Shown: positions 38,740-49,640 of the stretch, piece after piece
Position numbering within the stretch: position 1 is the stretch's first letter
Layout: each line of letters opens with the position of its first letter
NCBI GenBank assembly: GCA_964016885.1
Contig: OZ024764.1
Location: forward strand, 15,624,001-15,688,000
Length of the DNA stretch: 64,000 bases
DNA from: Eledone cirrhosa
Lineage: Eukaryota
Direction of reading: 5' to 3'
Made by a program: the position numbers and the translations under genes
The notes under the pieces: generated by a model
Databases searched by the model: none
The model's input: the letters and a program-made list of their open reading frames with translations, nothing else
Told to the model about the DNA's origin: nothing

Positions 38740-40260
38740 GTGTAAAGTGCTCAGGTGCACTACAACTCGTCAAAGGTGCCTGTATAGTACATAGATTAGA
38801 TGAACTGAAGGAAAAACTGGGTTTAAGAAGAATCTGAGATGGTGTGTAGGAGAGAAGACTGCATTGGTATGGACATGTGATGTGTGTAGGAGAGAAGACT
38901 GCACTGGTATGGACATAGGATGTGTGTAGGAGTGAAGACTGCATTGGTATGGACATGTGATGTGTGTAGGAGAGAAGACTGCACTGGTATGGACATAGGA
39001 TGTGTGTAGGAGTGAAGACTGCATTGGTATGGACATGTGATGTGTGTAGGAGAGAAGACTACACTGGTATGGACATGTGATGTGTGTAGGAGAGACGACT
39101 GCACTGGTATGGACATGTGATGTGTGTAGGAGAGAAGACTGCACTGGTATGGACATGTGATGTGTGTAGGAGAGAAGACTGCATTGGTATGGACATGTGA
39201 TGTGTGTAGGAGAGAAGACTGCACTGGTATGGACATGTGATATGTGTAGGAGAGAAGACTTCACTGGTATGGACATGTGATGTGTGTAGGTGAGAAGACT
39301 ACATTGGTATGGACATGTGATGTGTGTAGGAGAGAAGACTGCATTGGTATGGACATAGGATGTGTGTAGGAGAGAAGACTGCACTGGTATGGACATAGGA
39401 TGTGTGTAGGAGAGAAGACTGCACTGGTATGGACATGTGATGTGTGTAGGAGAGAAGACTACATTGGTATGGACATAGGATGTGTGTAGGAGAGAAGACT
39501 GCACTGGTATGGACATGTGATGTGTGTAGGAGAGAAGACTGCATTGGTATGGACATGTGATGTGTGTAGGAGAGAAGACTATTGGTATGGACATGTGATG
39601 TGTGTAGGAGAGAAGACTACATTGGTATGGACATGTGATGTGTGTAGGAGAGAAGACTGCATTGGTATGGACATGTGATGTGTGTAGGAGAGACGACTGC
39701 ACTGGTATGGACATGTGATGTGTGTAGGAGAGAAGACTGCATTGGTATGGACATGTGATGTGTGTAGGAGAGAAGACTGCATTGGTATGGACATGTGATG
39801 TGTGTAGGAGTGAAGACTGCATTGGTATGGACATGTGATGTGTGTAGGAGAGAAGACTGCATTGGTATGGACATGTGATGTGTGTAGGAGAGACGACTGC
39901 ACTGGTATGGACATGTGATGTGTGTAGGAGAGAAGACTGTACTGGTATGGACATGTGATGTGTGTAGGAGAGAAGACTGTACTGGTATGGACATGTGATG
40001 TGTGTAGGAGAGAAGACTGTACTGGTATGGACATGTGATGTGCATTGATGAGTGAGAAGTGCCAGGAAATCCCAGTAGAAGGAAGCTGCAGTCAGTAAAC
40101 CAAGAAAAACCTGGGCAGAGGTTGTGAGTGCGGACCTCAAATCACTGAGACTCAGGGGAGATGACAAAGGAATGCAGTGACTGAAGAGATGCTATGCTGA
40201 GAAGGACCTGTCTAACCCATGCAAGCGTAGAGAAATGGATGTAAAAATGAGGACGATGGT
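38740..40260 (+). mobile_element. RTE LINE 3' fragment with an internal 40-bp unit amplified about 30-fold (38842-40042)
   Basis: Flanks read LDELKEKLGLRRI..; unit TGTGTGTAGGAGAGAAGACTGCACTGGTATGGACATGTGA encodes ERRLHWYGHVM; downstream KPRKTWAEVV and tail. Confidence 0.85.
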
Positions 40261-41309
40261 GATGAAAATGATAAATGTATATATATATATATCTTGACCC
40301 AACTTGCCTCTAATGGGATAACCCGTCTAACCCATGCTAGTTTGTGTGTGTTCACAAAACATCTGAAGATCCTTCGACTGTAGAGTCAGGTTCCATCTGT
40401 GACATCTTGCTTTGAGCTGATCAATGGTGAAACATGTGTAATATGTTAATAAATGTGAGATAATGCAACACTGATTCCCCGTTCTTTGTAATATATATAT
40501 ATATTAAATTAAAATATTAATAAAATGGATGTTCTTGTGATCAATTTTAATTATATTAATATTTTAATTTTATTAATATTTTAATTTTATTAATATTTTA
40601 ATTATATTAATATTTTAATTATTTTAATATTTTATATTAATATTTTAATTTTATTAATATTTTAATTATTTTAATATTTTAATTTTATTAATATTTTAAT
40701 TTTATTAATATTTTAATTTTATTAATATTTTAATTTTATTAATATTTTAATTTTAATTATATTAATATTTGATGTCCTCATTGAATCTTGTTTAACTCTT
40801 TAAAATATATATATATATATATGTACACTAAGGGATAATTTGAGGTAAACTTTAGCTGCTATTTCTAGCATGTGTAAGCGCCACATAGTGGTCACAGTGA
40901 ACGTGACCTCCCGAAGGTCATCTTAATACAGCGTCACCTCCCTAAGCTGGAGATCGAACAGAGGGGGAATAACTCTAATTTCACTTCCTCTGTGTATAAC
41001 AAACACTCACATATATATAGATATATACAATAGACACGCGTATATAGAGCTGTATATATATTTATTTTTGTATACAATAGTCACACGTGTGTATATATAT
41101 TTATTTCTGTATACAATAGTCACACCTGTGTATATAGCTGTATATATTGCTGTGTGTAAGACACACGCGTATATATTGCTGTATATAATAGACACGTATA
41201 TATATCTATAATAGACACACACATACGCATATATATATAGACACATACACACATATACAGTATATGTATATATATATATAACCACATATATATATATACA
41301 CACATAAAC

Positions 41310-41341
<32 letters not shown>

Positions 41342-41530
41342 CACACTGACAAACACACACATATATATATATACTTCACACACACACATAAACACATATA
41401 TATATATATATCACACTGACACATATATATATATCACATACTGACACACACATATATATATGTATATATCACACACTGACACATATATATATATCACACA
41501 CTCACATAGACACACCTCACATCATTCAAC

Positions 41531-42226
41531 ATGGTTATTCCGGTGGCAATGAATGTGGTCCGGAGGTTTGGTTGTCTCGGAAATAACTTTATAGAAGCAG
41601 TTTTATTGAGATCCCATCACCTCGGCTCTACCTCATCATCATCATCGACATCATGTCTCCCGTCAGCCGCCTTTGTCTCAACATCTGCGGCTCCTCCAAC
41701 AGCACAGAATGATGCTCAGGCACCAGCAACAGCAGCAGCAGCAACAACTGTCCAGCGCACCACCCCACGCCGCCCTGCCATCGTGTGGGAGCCGGACGAT
41801 GTGGGCCTTCCCCCCGAGGTAGCACCCTATGAAAGTCTGTGTGTGGAGATGAAAGGATACGACTTTGTTTTGTTGGAGAAGTTCGCTCGTTATGTCCACA
41901 CGGTGTGCCGCAACCTGGGCCACACCTGTGAAGGGTTCGCCATGCCCGGTAAATCCAACTCCATCTTAACCTATCGCCCCAACTCCAACGTCATCGACAA
42001 CGTCTACGATTTGACATTGTACGAGAGGGATGTCTTCCTACCAGACCTGCCCAACACAGAACTGGCTCCCCTCATATCACTCTTTACCTCTCATCTACCC
42101 GAGGGGGTCACCATCAAGGTTCGACACCACACAGACGCCGATGAAGAAATTCGTTACATCCCCGACAGACAACTGAAGGAGCTTCACGGACAATTGGACG
42201 TATTGAGTCCCTCCAGGAAGAAATAA
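41531..42226 (+). CDS. MRPL48: Mitochondrial ribosomal protein L48 (mL48), intronless CDS
   Basis: Kozak caacATGG; N-terminal Ser/Ala/Arg-rich presequence-like stretch; S10-like domain KGYDFVLLEKFARYVH..FAMP..LTLYERDV..HLPEGVTIKVRHHT matches recalled MRPL48 (GYD..YVH..YAMP..HERVV..LPEGVRLSVKEHT). Confidence 0.9.
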   Translation: MVIPVAMNVVRRFGCLGNNFIEAVLLRSHHLGSTSSSSSTSCLPSAAFVSTSAAPPTAQNDAQAPATAAAATTVQRTTPRRPAIVWEPDDVGLPPEVAPYESLCVEMKGYDFVLLEKFARYVHTVCRNLGHTCEGFAMPGKSNSILTYRPNSNVIDNVYDLTLYERDVFLPDLPNTELAPLISLFTSHLPEGVTIKVRHHTDADEEIRYIPDRQLKELHGQLDVLSPSRKK

Positions 42227-43196
42227 TCACCGCAAGGTACCAGAGACAGTGTTTTGTTGTATTTGTTACATTTAACGAAAAAAAAAAAAACTTTCTTCAA
42301 TCTTCAACAGTTTTTAACCCCGAGTTCCTAATTAAAATATCTTTATTAATTACAATGTGTATCTTTAATTTGTTGTTATTAATTCAATTATTTGTTAATT
42401 ACTAATTAACTAATTATGTAACTAACAGGTGTATTAATTTAAAATATAACATTCTCAGAAAACTGTATTACTCACGCATACCTATGTATGTATATATTAT
42501 ATATACATAATATATATATATATATATATACGTATATAGTAATAATAATAAATTTGAAGACTAAAATCCAAAGAGGGCTCGAAAAGGATAAATATATATC
42601 AAATATATAAGAAGCCTAGAGCAGATTCAGTCAATTTTTGTTGAAAATTTAGTAAATTTTTGCTTAAAATTTAGTCAATTTTTTGTTGAAAATTTAGTAA
42701 ATTTTTGTTGAAAATTTAGTAAATTTTTGCTTAAAATTTAGTAATTTTTTGCATAAAATTTAGTAAATTTTTGCTTAAAATTTAGTAAATTTTTGTTTAA
42801 AATTTAGTCAACTTTTGCTTAAATTTTAGTCAATTTTTTGTTGAAAATTTAGTCAATTTTTGTTGAAAATTCAGCCTATTTTTGTCCCTTAATGGGAACC
42901 TCTGAAACTCAGAAGATCCCGTTAAGTGTGAAAGCAGCGATTCTTTGCTTAAACTTTAATCTGTTATTTTAATATATATATATGTATATATATGTGTGTG
43001 TGAGTATCCTGGGTTCAATCGGGGGTCACCACAGTAAGTAAGGTACTCAATACATAGCAGAGTATAAAAATGGCTTCTACAGGACTAGAACTGTTTCATT
43101 TGAAGGAAATCGCCAGGAAAGCTTTATGTTAGAAATGTTGGTTCAATTTCAACAGAATAACAAGACAATTATATAATATTATCATTTATTAAGTTA

Positions 43197-44280
43197 ATGG
43201 TTGCTGTCCACTATCGCATCGCTCTAGGTTGGGCAGCTTTCAACAAGAACAAGGAAGTACTAACATCAAAACGTGTTTCCTATCATTTAAAAGCCAAAAT
43301 CTTCGATACTTACATCCTACCAGTTGTGTTATATGGTCTTGACTGTGTTAATTGGACAACAAGGTCACTTCAGCAGCTCTCTACATTCCAGAACCACATC
43401 ATGAGACTTATGACTGGCAAGTGGCTCAGTGACCGTATCTGTATCAGTGAGCTGCTCAACATTACCAGACTCAGACCAATTACATCAATTGTCAAGTCAA
43501 GAGTACTCAAACTCTATGGCCATATAAAAAGATCAACTCGTGGTGTGAGTAGGTTATAGAAGGAAGGTTGGCTGGTAAGAGAAGCAGAGGCCGGCAGTCA
43601 AAACTATGGCTTGATAATGTCAACTTATGGACTGGACTTGATCTTTAAACTCTGCTGTTGGTGATCAAAAGGTATTATATATTCCTGGAAAGGGCGGTTG
43701 GCTGGTAAGAGAAGCAGAGGTCAGCAGCCAAAACCATGGCTTGATAATGTCAACCTATGGACTGGACTTGATCTTTGCTCTTTAATCTCTGCTGTTGGTG
43801 ATTGAAAGGTATTATATATGCCTGGAAGGAAGGTTGGCTGGTAAGAGAAGCAGAGGCTGGCAGCCAAAACCATGGCTTGATAATGTCAAGCTATGGACTG
43901 GACTTGATCTTTGCTCTTTAATCTCTGCTGTTGGTGATTGAAAGGTATTATATATTCCTGGAAGGAAGGTTGGCTGGTAAGAGAAGCAGAGGTCAGCAGC
44001 CAAAACCATGGCTTGATAATGTCAAGCTATGGACTGGACTTGATCTTTGCTCTTTAATCTCTGCTGTTGGTGATTGAAAGGTATTATATATTCCTGGAAG
44101 GAAGGTTGGCTGGTAAGAGAAGCAGAGGCTGGCAGCCAAAACCATGGCTTGATAATGTCAACCTATGGACTGGACTTGATCTTTGCTCTTTAAACTCTGC
44201 TGTTGGTGATCGAACTTTGTGGAGAGAGATATCACATGTTGATGCGGAGTCTGCAACTGGTGGAGTTTAGCGTCAAAGAA
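43197..44280 (+). mobile_element. LINE (RTE-like) 3' fragment with a ~136-bp segment repeated about 5 times, ending next to the DCTPP1 stop
   Basis: RIALGWAAFNK..ILPVVLYG..RVLKLYGHIKR..LEGRLAGKRSRGWQPKPWLDNV. Confidence 0.85.
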
Positions 44281-44284
44281 GGAG

Positions 44285-44478
44285 TTATTGTTGATAGTCC
44301 GTATATTTGTTGCTTCGTCCAAACACTTTCTCTATTGGATATTTCTGAGAGTTTTTCAAGAATTTAGCCAAGACTGCGTTAGGAAGATCCACTTGGCAGC
44401 GGTCAGCTAACCTCACCAAATATATTAAAACGTCACTTAGTTCTTCCCCCACATGTTCCTTATCTCTAGCAGAAAATT
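44285..44478 (-). CDS. DCTPP1: dCTP pyrophosphatase 1, exon 4 (EFSARDKEHVGEELSDVLIYLVRLADRCQVDLP..KYTDYQQ-stop)
   Basis: tttttccag| acceptor; MazG-like EELSD motif; TAA at 44287-44285. Confidence 0.92.
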
Positions 44479-44532
44479 CTGGAAAAACAAACAAAAACCA
44501 ATATAATAAAATGTAGTTTGATTGAAATATTG

Positions 44533-44578
<46 letters not shown>

Positions 44579-44631
44579 ATATATGTATATAGATGTTTGT
44601 CTATAGAATATTCCAGTCAGTAAACACCTAC

Positions 44632-44666
44632 CTGGCAGTCCTTCTTTTACTTCACCTCTCCATTGA
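44632..44666 (-). CDS. DCTPP1: dCTP pyrophosphatase 1, exon 3 (35 nt; FQWRGEVKEGLP)
   Basis: ttttcag| ... G|gtaggt; phase 2-1 joins exons 2 and 4 in frame. Confidence 0.88.
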
Positions 44667-44760
44667 CTGAAAACAAAAAAGAAAACAGGAAATATATGTA
44701 TGTATATGTATGTATATAATGTATGTATATAATGTATGTATATAATGTATATATATGAAA

Positions 44761-45379
44761 TCTATATATAATAAAGTTGTAGTTCCTGTCTGTTTGTTTA
44801 TTTGTTCATGAACTCCTCCTATGGTTTTGGAGATAGACCCCCATAACCATATATATTCTGAAACTACATTGCCCAGGGTACTTGGATAAGTAGATTTTAT
44901 TTTAATCAAAGGGTTCCCTGGGGGCACAAACCCCCGCTGAAAATGTATTCCCTTCCATTTATATGAAATTTAAACCATAGGTAAATGACAACATATGATG
45001 CCTAGTCACAACATTTCAGCAAATTTCAATAATATTAAGACACCCTAATAGGGGTTTAACTCCCTATAGTGAAAACTTTGGAAGCCCATAACTTGAGTAT
45101 TAGAATCTCTATTATCACAAGGTTTTTTCTATTAATTAAACGTTAATCAACAAAACAAGCACCTCTCTTTTATAGTAAAATTTGACTAATTTAGACATTT
45201 TATCTATGGAACAACATCACTAGAATTATGACAACAAAAATTATTAGTTAATGCCTCTACTTTTTTAACATTTTCCCTATATTTTTTCTCCATAAATTAT
45301 ATCACTGATTTAAAATCAATCATCATTTTCTTACAAAACAAATGTGTGAAACGCAGCAAGGCGCGGGTAATTTGGCTAG
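44761..45379 (+). mobile_element. Non-autonomous Helitron in DCTPP1 intron 2
   Basis: A|TCTATATATATAATAAAG start, GC-rich subterminal ACGCAGCAAGGCGCGGGT, CTAG|T end, no TSD. Confidence 0.75.
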
Positions 45380-45589
45380 TATTATTATATTATAAAGATT
45401 GGCAGTATCGGTAGAGGGTCGGTCGCCATGCTTTGACGCATAGAGTTACGGCCCTTGCCATTCTGAGTTCAAATCCCGCCGAGGTTAACTTTGCCTTTCA
45501 TCCTTACGGAGTCGATAAAATAAAGTACCAGTAATGCACTGGGTTATTGCTGACCTTGTGCCAAACGTAGAAACAATTATTATTATTAT

Positions 45590-46088
45590 AAAGATGCAAA
45601 CTGTGGAAACACAAGAGATGTAGTGGGATTCCAGGCAGGCTATAAAAGAATGTAGGTTTTACTTGTGGCCAATGCACAGGTGCAGTAAGTAGCAAGAGCT
45701 CTCAGGATATAAACTCTTTGAAATGCCCAGAAGGCTCTGTAAAAGTAGATAGTTTCTGCTACCTGGGTGACCAAATCAGCAGCAGAAGAGGGTGTTCTGA
45801 AAATACAGTAGCCAGAGTGAGAACGGGTTGGAGAAAGCTAATACCACTGCTAACTACAAAAGGTTTTTCCCTTAAAATGAAAAGGCAGACTCTATGATGC
45901 ATGTACACTGTATAAGAACAGCTATGTTGCACAGGAGTGAGACCTGGGCACTGTGTGCTGAGGACCTACAAAGATTGGAAATAAATAAAGCCTCCATGCT
46001 TCGATGGATGTGTAATAGTAATATAAGCAAATGGCAAAGCATGAATGAACTGCTGGAGAAATTAGGCATAAGAGGGATCAGATGTTCT
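45590..46088 (+). mobile_element. RTE LINE fragment in DCTPP1 intron 2
   Basis: VDSFCYLGDQI..ARVRTGWRK..MLHRSETWALCAEDLQRLE..MLRWMC. Confidence 0.85.
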
Positions 46089-46188
46089 AACGATTCTGCC
46101 AATTTGCTGCCTATGGACCCATGCCAGCAGGGGTTAAAAGGGACATTGACACCACACAAGAATCAGTAAAAGGTATGAAGCAACATAC

Positions 46189-46299
46189 AATATTTCTGCA
46201 AGCTCTCCAACTTCACCAACCAATGCCAACAAGATATTTCTTGGGGTATGGTACTGGCCCCAGTTTCTTTCTGCACAGAAATCTTCCTGCTTTACCCGA
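46189..46299 (-). CDS. DCTPP1: dCTP pyrophosphatase 1, exon 2 (RVKQEDFCAERNWGQYHTPRNILLALVGEVGELAEI)
   Basis: tctttgcag| ... TT|gtatgt; 111 nt phase 2-2; matches human ERDWEQFHQPRNLLLALVGEVGELAEL. Confidence 0.93.
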
Positions 46300-46469
46300 C
46301 TGCAAAGATATTTCAAAAGTTAGACAGCAAAATTTAGAACTCCTTCATTACCAGGTTTATGTTTGGAACATAACTTAAAGGTTTTTAGATAAATATATAC
46401 CCTTTCGGGACGCCATCACAACACACATCATATCTTTCACATAGAGAAAGGATGATGGTATGTGTATAC

Positions 46470-46501
<32 letters not shown>

Positions 46502-46864
46502 ATGAATATATGTATGTGTGTGTATATATATGTGCATGTATATAGAGATGTGCATGTATATATAGATGTGTATATATATATACGTGTGTATATATGCCTG
46601 TGTGGATGTATATATATATTATATTATATATATATATGTATGTATACATACACACATTATACACACTCACACACATATATATATATGTACCCCAGCAGAT
46701 TTCTTCCAGAGAATGAAAGAACGTGTGAGAGAGAGAGAGGAAGAATCGACCCAGTGTATTACTGGTACTTTATTTATCGACCTCAAAGTTGACCTCGGCG
46801 GGATTTGAACTCAGAGAGCTGGAACAAAGACCATAAAGCATTCTATCTGACGCTCTAACGACTC

Positions 46865-47360
46865 TGTGTATGAGATTTGGCCCGGGCGAACATCCCCCCA
46901 ATCTTAGTTGTCCAGAAGTGACGGCAAAAGACCTGACGGCCTTACCCTGTGCCCCAGGTAGAGAGGCAGGTGCCTTGTCTGGGACGTCACTGTTAGTGAC
47001 TCATTTGCTCTTTCCCACATCCTGGATGCTGGGGTTAGGAGAGCCACAGCTTCCGCAGCCGAGCGGAGTAAGACCCTCAAATACTCTGATCTGTCGGCGG
47101 CCAGCTACATTTTTCTAGCCTGTGGCTTTCGAGATGTTTGGGGGAGTCGGGCCGCTGACTGGGAGGTTCCTCTCTTCACAGGCGGCTCGCCTAATAGAGG
47201 TAACTGGCGAATCTCGCGAGGGCGCTTGGTTGTTCCAGCACATCGGCCTCGCCAACACTGCAAGTGTGCTGGCTTGCCTCAAAACTCATTAGAGAGGTTG
47301 CCCAGTGCCCCTCGTTGCTATCTTTTGCTCTGGTGTTGGCTCCGTTGTTCACCCCTTCCT
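46865..47360 (+). mobile_element. CRE-clade non-LTR retrotransposon 3' fragment (restriction-like endonuclease)
   Basis: DGKRPDGLTLCP.*RGRCLVWDVTVSDSFA..AERSKTLKYSDL / PVAFEMFGGVGP..RLIEVTGESREGAWLFQHIGLA; one stop and one frameshift. Confidence 0.8.
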
Positions 47361-48110
47361 TTATATTTTCTTTAATATTGCAACATTAAAGGAATATATC
47401 TTTCTGACAGAATCGCGAGCAATTTATAATGTTGTCTAAGTATTTGTTATGTTATTTATGTATATATATAAAACATATTTGTTATGTTATTTATGTATAT
47501 ATATAAAACATATTTATGTTATTTATGTATATATATAAAACATATTTATGTTATTTATGGAGTTGCGATCGATAGATAGTATTAGCAATTGGAAAGACCA
47601 ACGGAAACATTGTTTCCTCGGTCCGATTTGACGAAAGTCGATCGTTCCTTTTCCATGTATATATATATAAAACATATTTGTTGTTATTTATGTATATATA
47701 TAAAACATATTTATGTTATTTATGTATATATATAAAACATATTTGTTATGTTATTTATGTATATATATAAAACATATTTGTTATTTATGTATATATTTAA
47801 AACATATTTATGTTATTTATGTATATATATATAACACATATTTATGTTATTTATGTATATATATAAAACATATTTATGTTATTTATGTATATATATAAAA
47901 CATATTTATCTTATGTATGTATATATTTAAAACAATGTTATTTATGTATATATATATAAAACATATTTATCTTATTTATGTATATATATAAAACATATTT
48001 ATGTTATTTATGTATATATATAAAACATATTTGTTATGTTATTCTTCTGTACATTTATTTATATGTTCTGTATAATAAAAGAAACAATTATAAACAAAAA
48101 AAAAGCTCAC

Positions 48111-48409
48111 ATGTCTTCCAAACTGGTCTGTAGAGTAAATTTGAAATTTGGCTCCTCGGCTGCTGTCGTGGTTTGGTGGTTCCTTACACAGTCCGATGGT
48201 TGTGATGATGATGATGGCCTAGCCGGTTGTTGTGGTGGTAGTTCTGCTCGGTTTTCCGTTGACTGGAAATTCTTCTTCCAAGCTAAAATCACCTCAGCAG
48301 TCGGTGGTCCCTCCTTAAACTTCTCTGACCATTTCTCACGGACCTCTTCCATAGATTTCACCTCTTCCAACCATAAAACCGCCTGTAATTTCTGGTGTAA
48401 CGAGGCCAT
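48111..48409 (-). CDS. DCTPP1: dCTP pyrophosphatase 1, exon 1: HTH-like N-terminal domain + linker + FKFTLQTSLED
   Basis: Kozak caacATGG; AT|gtgagc donor, phase 2. FKFTLQTSLEDI matches human FSFSPEPTLEDI. Spliced CDS 639 nt = 212 aa. Confidence 0.88.
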
Positions 48410-48439
48410 GTTGTTTATCTAACGACAACGTGCTTGACT

Positions 48440-48512
48440 GTAGTGGCGGGAGTTTTTGGTGTGAGGGCGGGGCTGGGGCGTTATTAAACATACCAAGGGG
48501 AGGTAACTCCTA
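48440..48512 (-). promoter_or_regulatory. Putative DCTPP1 proximal promoter with GC boxes
   Basis: GGCGGG and GAGGGCGGGGCTGGGGCG about 35-70 bp upstream of the ATG in otherwise AT-rich DNA. Confidence 0.45.
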
Positions 48513-49209
48513 ACTTTTTTTTTACTTCTCTTAAGTCATCAAGGCACGTGGCTTAGTGGTTAGAGCATTGGGCTTGCAATCGAAAGGTTGTGAGTTCAAT
48601 TCTCGGACCGGGTGATGTGTTGTGTCCTTGAGCAAGACACTTCATTTCACATTGCTCCAGTCCAGCTAGCAAAAAGGTCTTATACCTGTAATTCGAAGGG
48701 TCAGCCTTGTCACATTCTGTGTTACGCTGAATCTCCCTGAGAACTACGTTAAAGGTACGTGTGTTTGTGGAATGCTCAGCCACTTGCACGTTAATTTCAC
48801 GAGCAGGCTAGAACACTTGTCGTAACTGACAGACTTGATTATCTCCCTTGCATTAACTGAGAAGGTGAGGCCTGGTATGTGACCTCATAAATAGCTAGAA
48901 ATAGCAGCCAAAATACCACCAACTCAACATTTACTCCCATATTTCGTATTCTTTCGCCTGTTTCTGTCATTAGACAGTGGCCATGCTGGGGCACTGCCTT
49001 CTTTTACTGGTTTCAGTGATTAGACTGTGGCCATGCTGGGGCACTGGCTTCTTTTACTGGTTTCAGTGATTAGACTGTGGCCATGCTGGGGCACTGCTTC
49101 TTTTACCGGTTTCACTCATTAGACTGTGGCCATGCTGGGGCATTGCTTTCTTTTACTGGTTTCAGTCATTAGACTGTGTCCTTGCTAGTGTTGGTGTTGG
49201 TGTTGGTGG

Positions 49210-49640
49210 TGTTTTAATGATAGGGACCCCAGTCCTATCATGTTGTTACAGCTCACACTTATGTAGGTTTAGCTGGCCTTCTACAAGGTTGTATCTCATA
49301 GGAGGTTTATCTGGTGTTTTAATGATAGGGACCCCAGTCCTATCATTTTGTTACAGCTCACACCTATGTAGGTTTAGCTGGCCTTCTACAAGGTTGTATC
49401 TCATAGGAGGTTTATCTGGTGTTTTAATGATAGGGACCCCAGTCCTATCATTTTGTTACAGCTCACACCTATGTAGGTTTAGCTGGCCTTCTACAAGGTT
49501 GTATCTCATAGGAGGTTTATCTGGTGTTTTAATGATAGGGACCCCAGTCATATCATGTTGTTACAGCTCACACCCATGTAGGTTTAGCTGGCCTCCTACA
49601 AGGTTGTATCTCATATTTAATGATAGGGACCCCAGTAATA
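49210..49640 (-). repeat. Four ~105-bp units of the SINE-associated tandem repeat (also 61357-61600 and 16815-16945)
   Basis: Reverse complement of the GATAGGACTGGGGTCCCTATC..GGCCAGCTAAACCT..GTGTGAGCTGTAAC unit. Confidence 0.85.

Noticed and set aside
38770-40167. 465-aa repetitive ORF on the minus strand
   Set aside because: Antisense reading of a 40-bp LINE-derived tandem repeat
47558-47656. Type-III hammerhead
   Set aside because: GAAA and flanking stems are present but there is no CUGANGA core or proper NUH site
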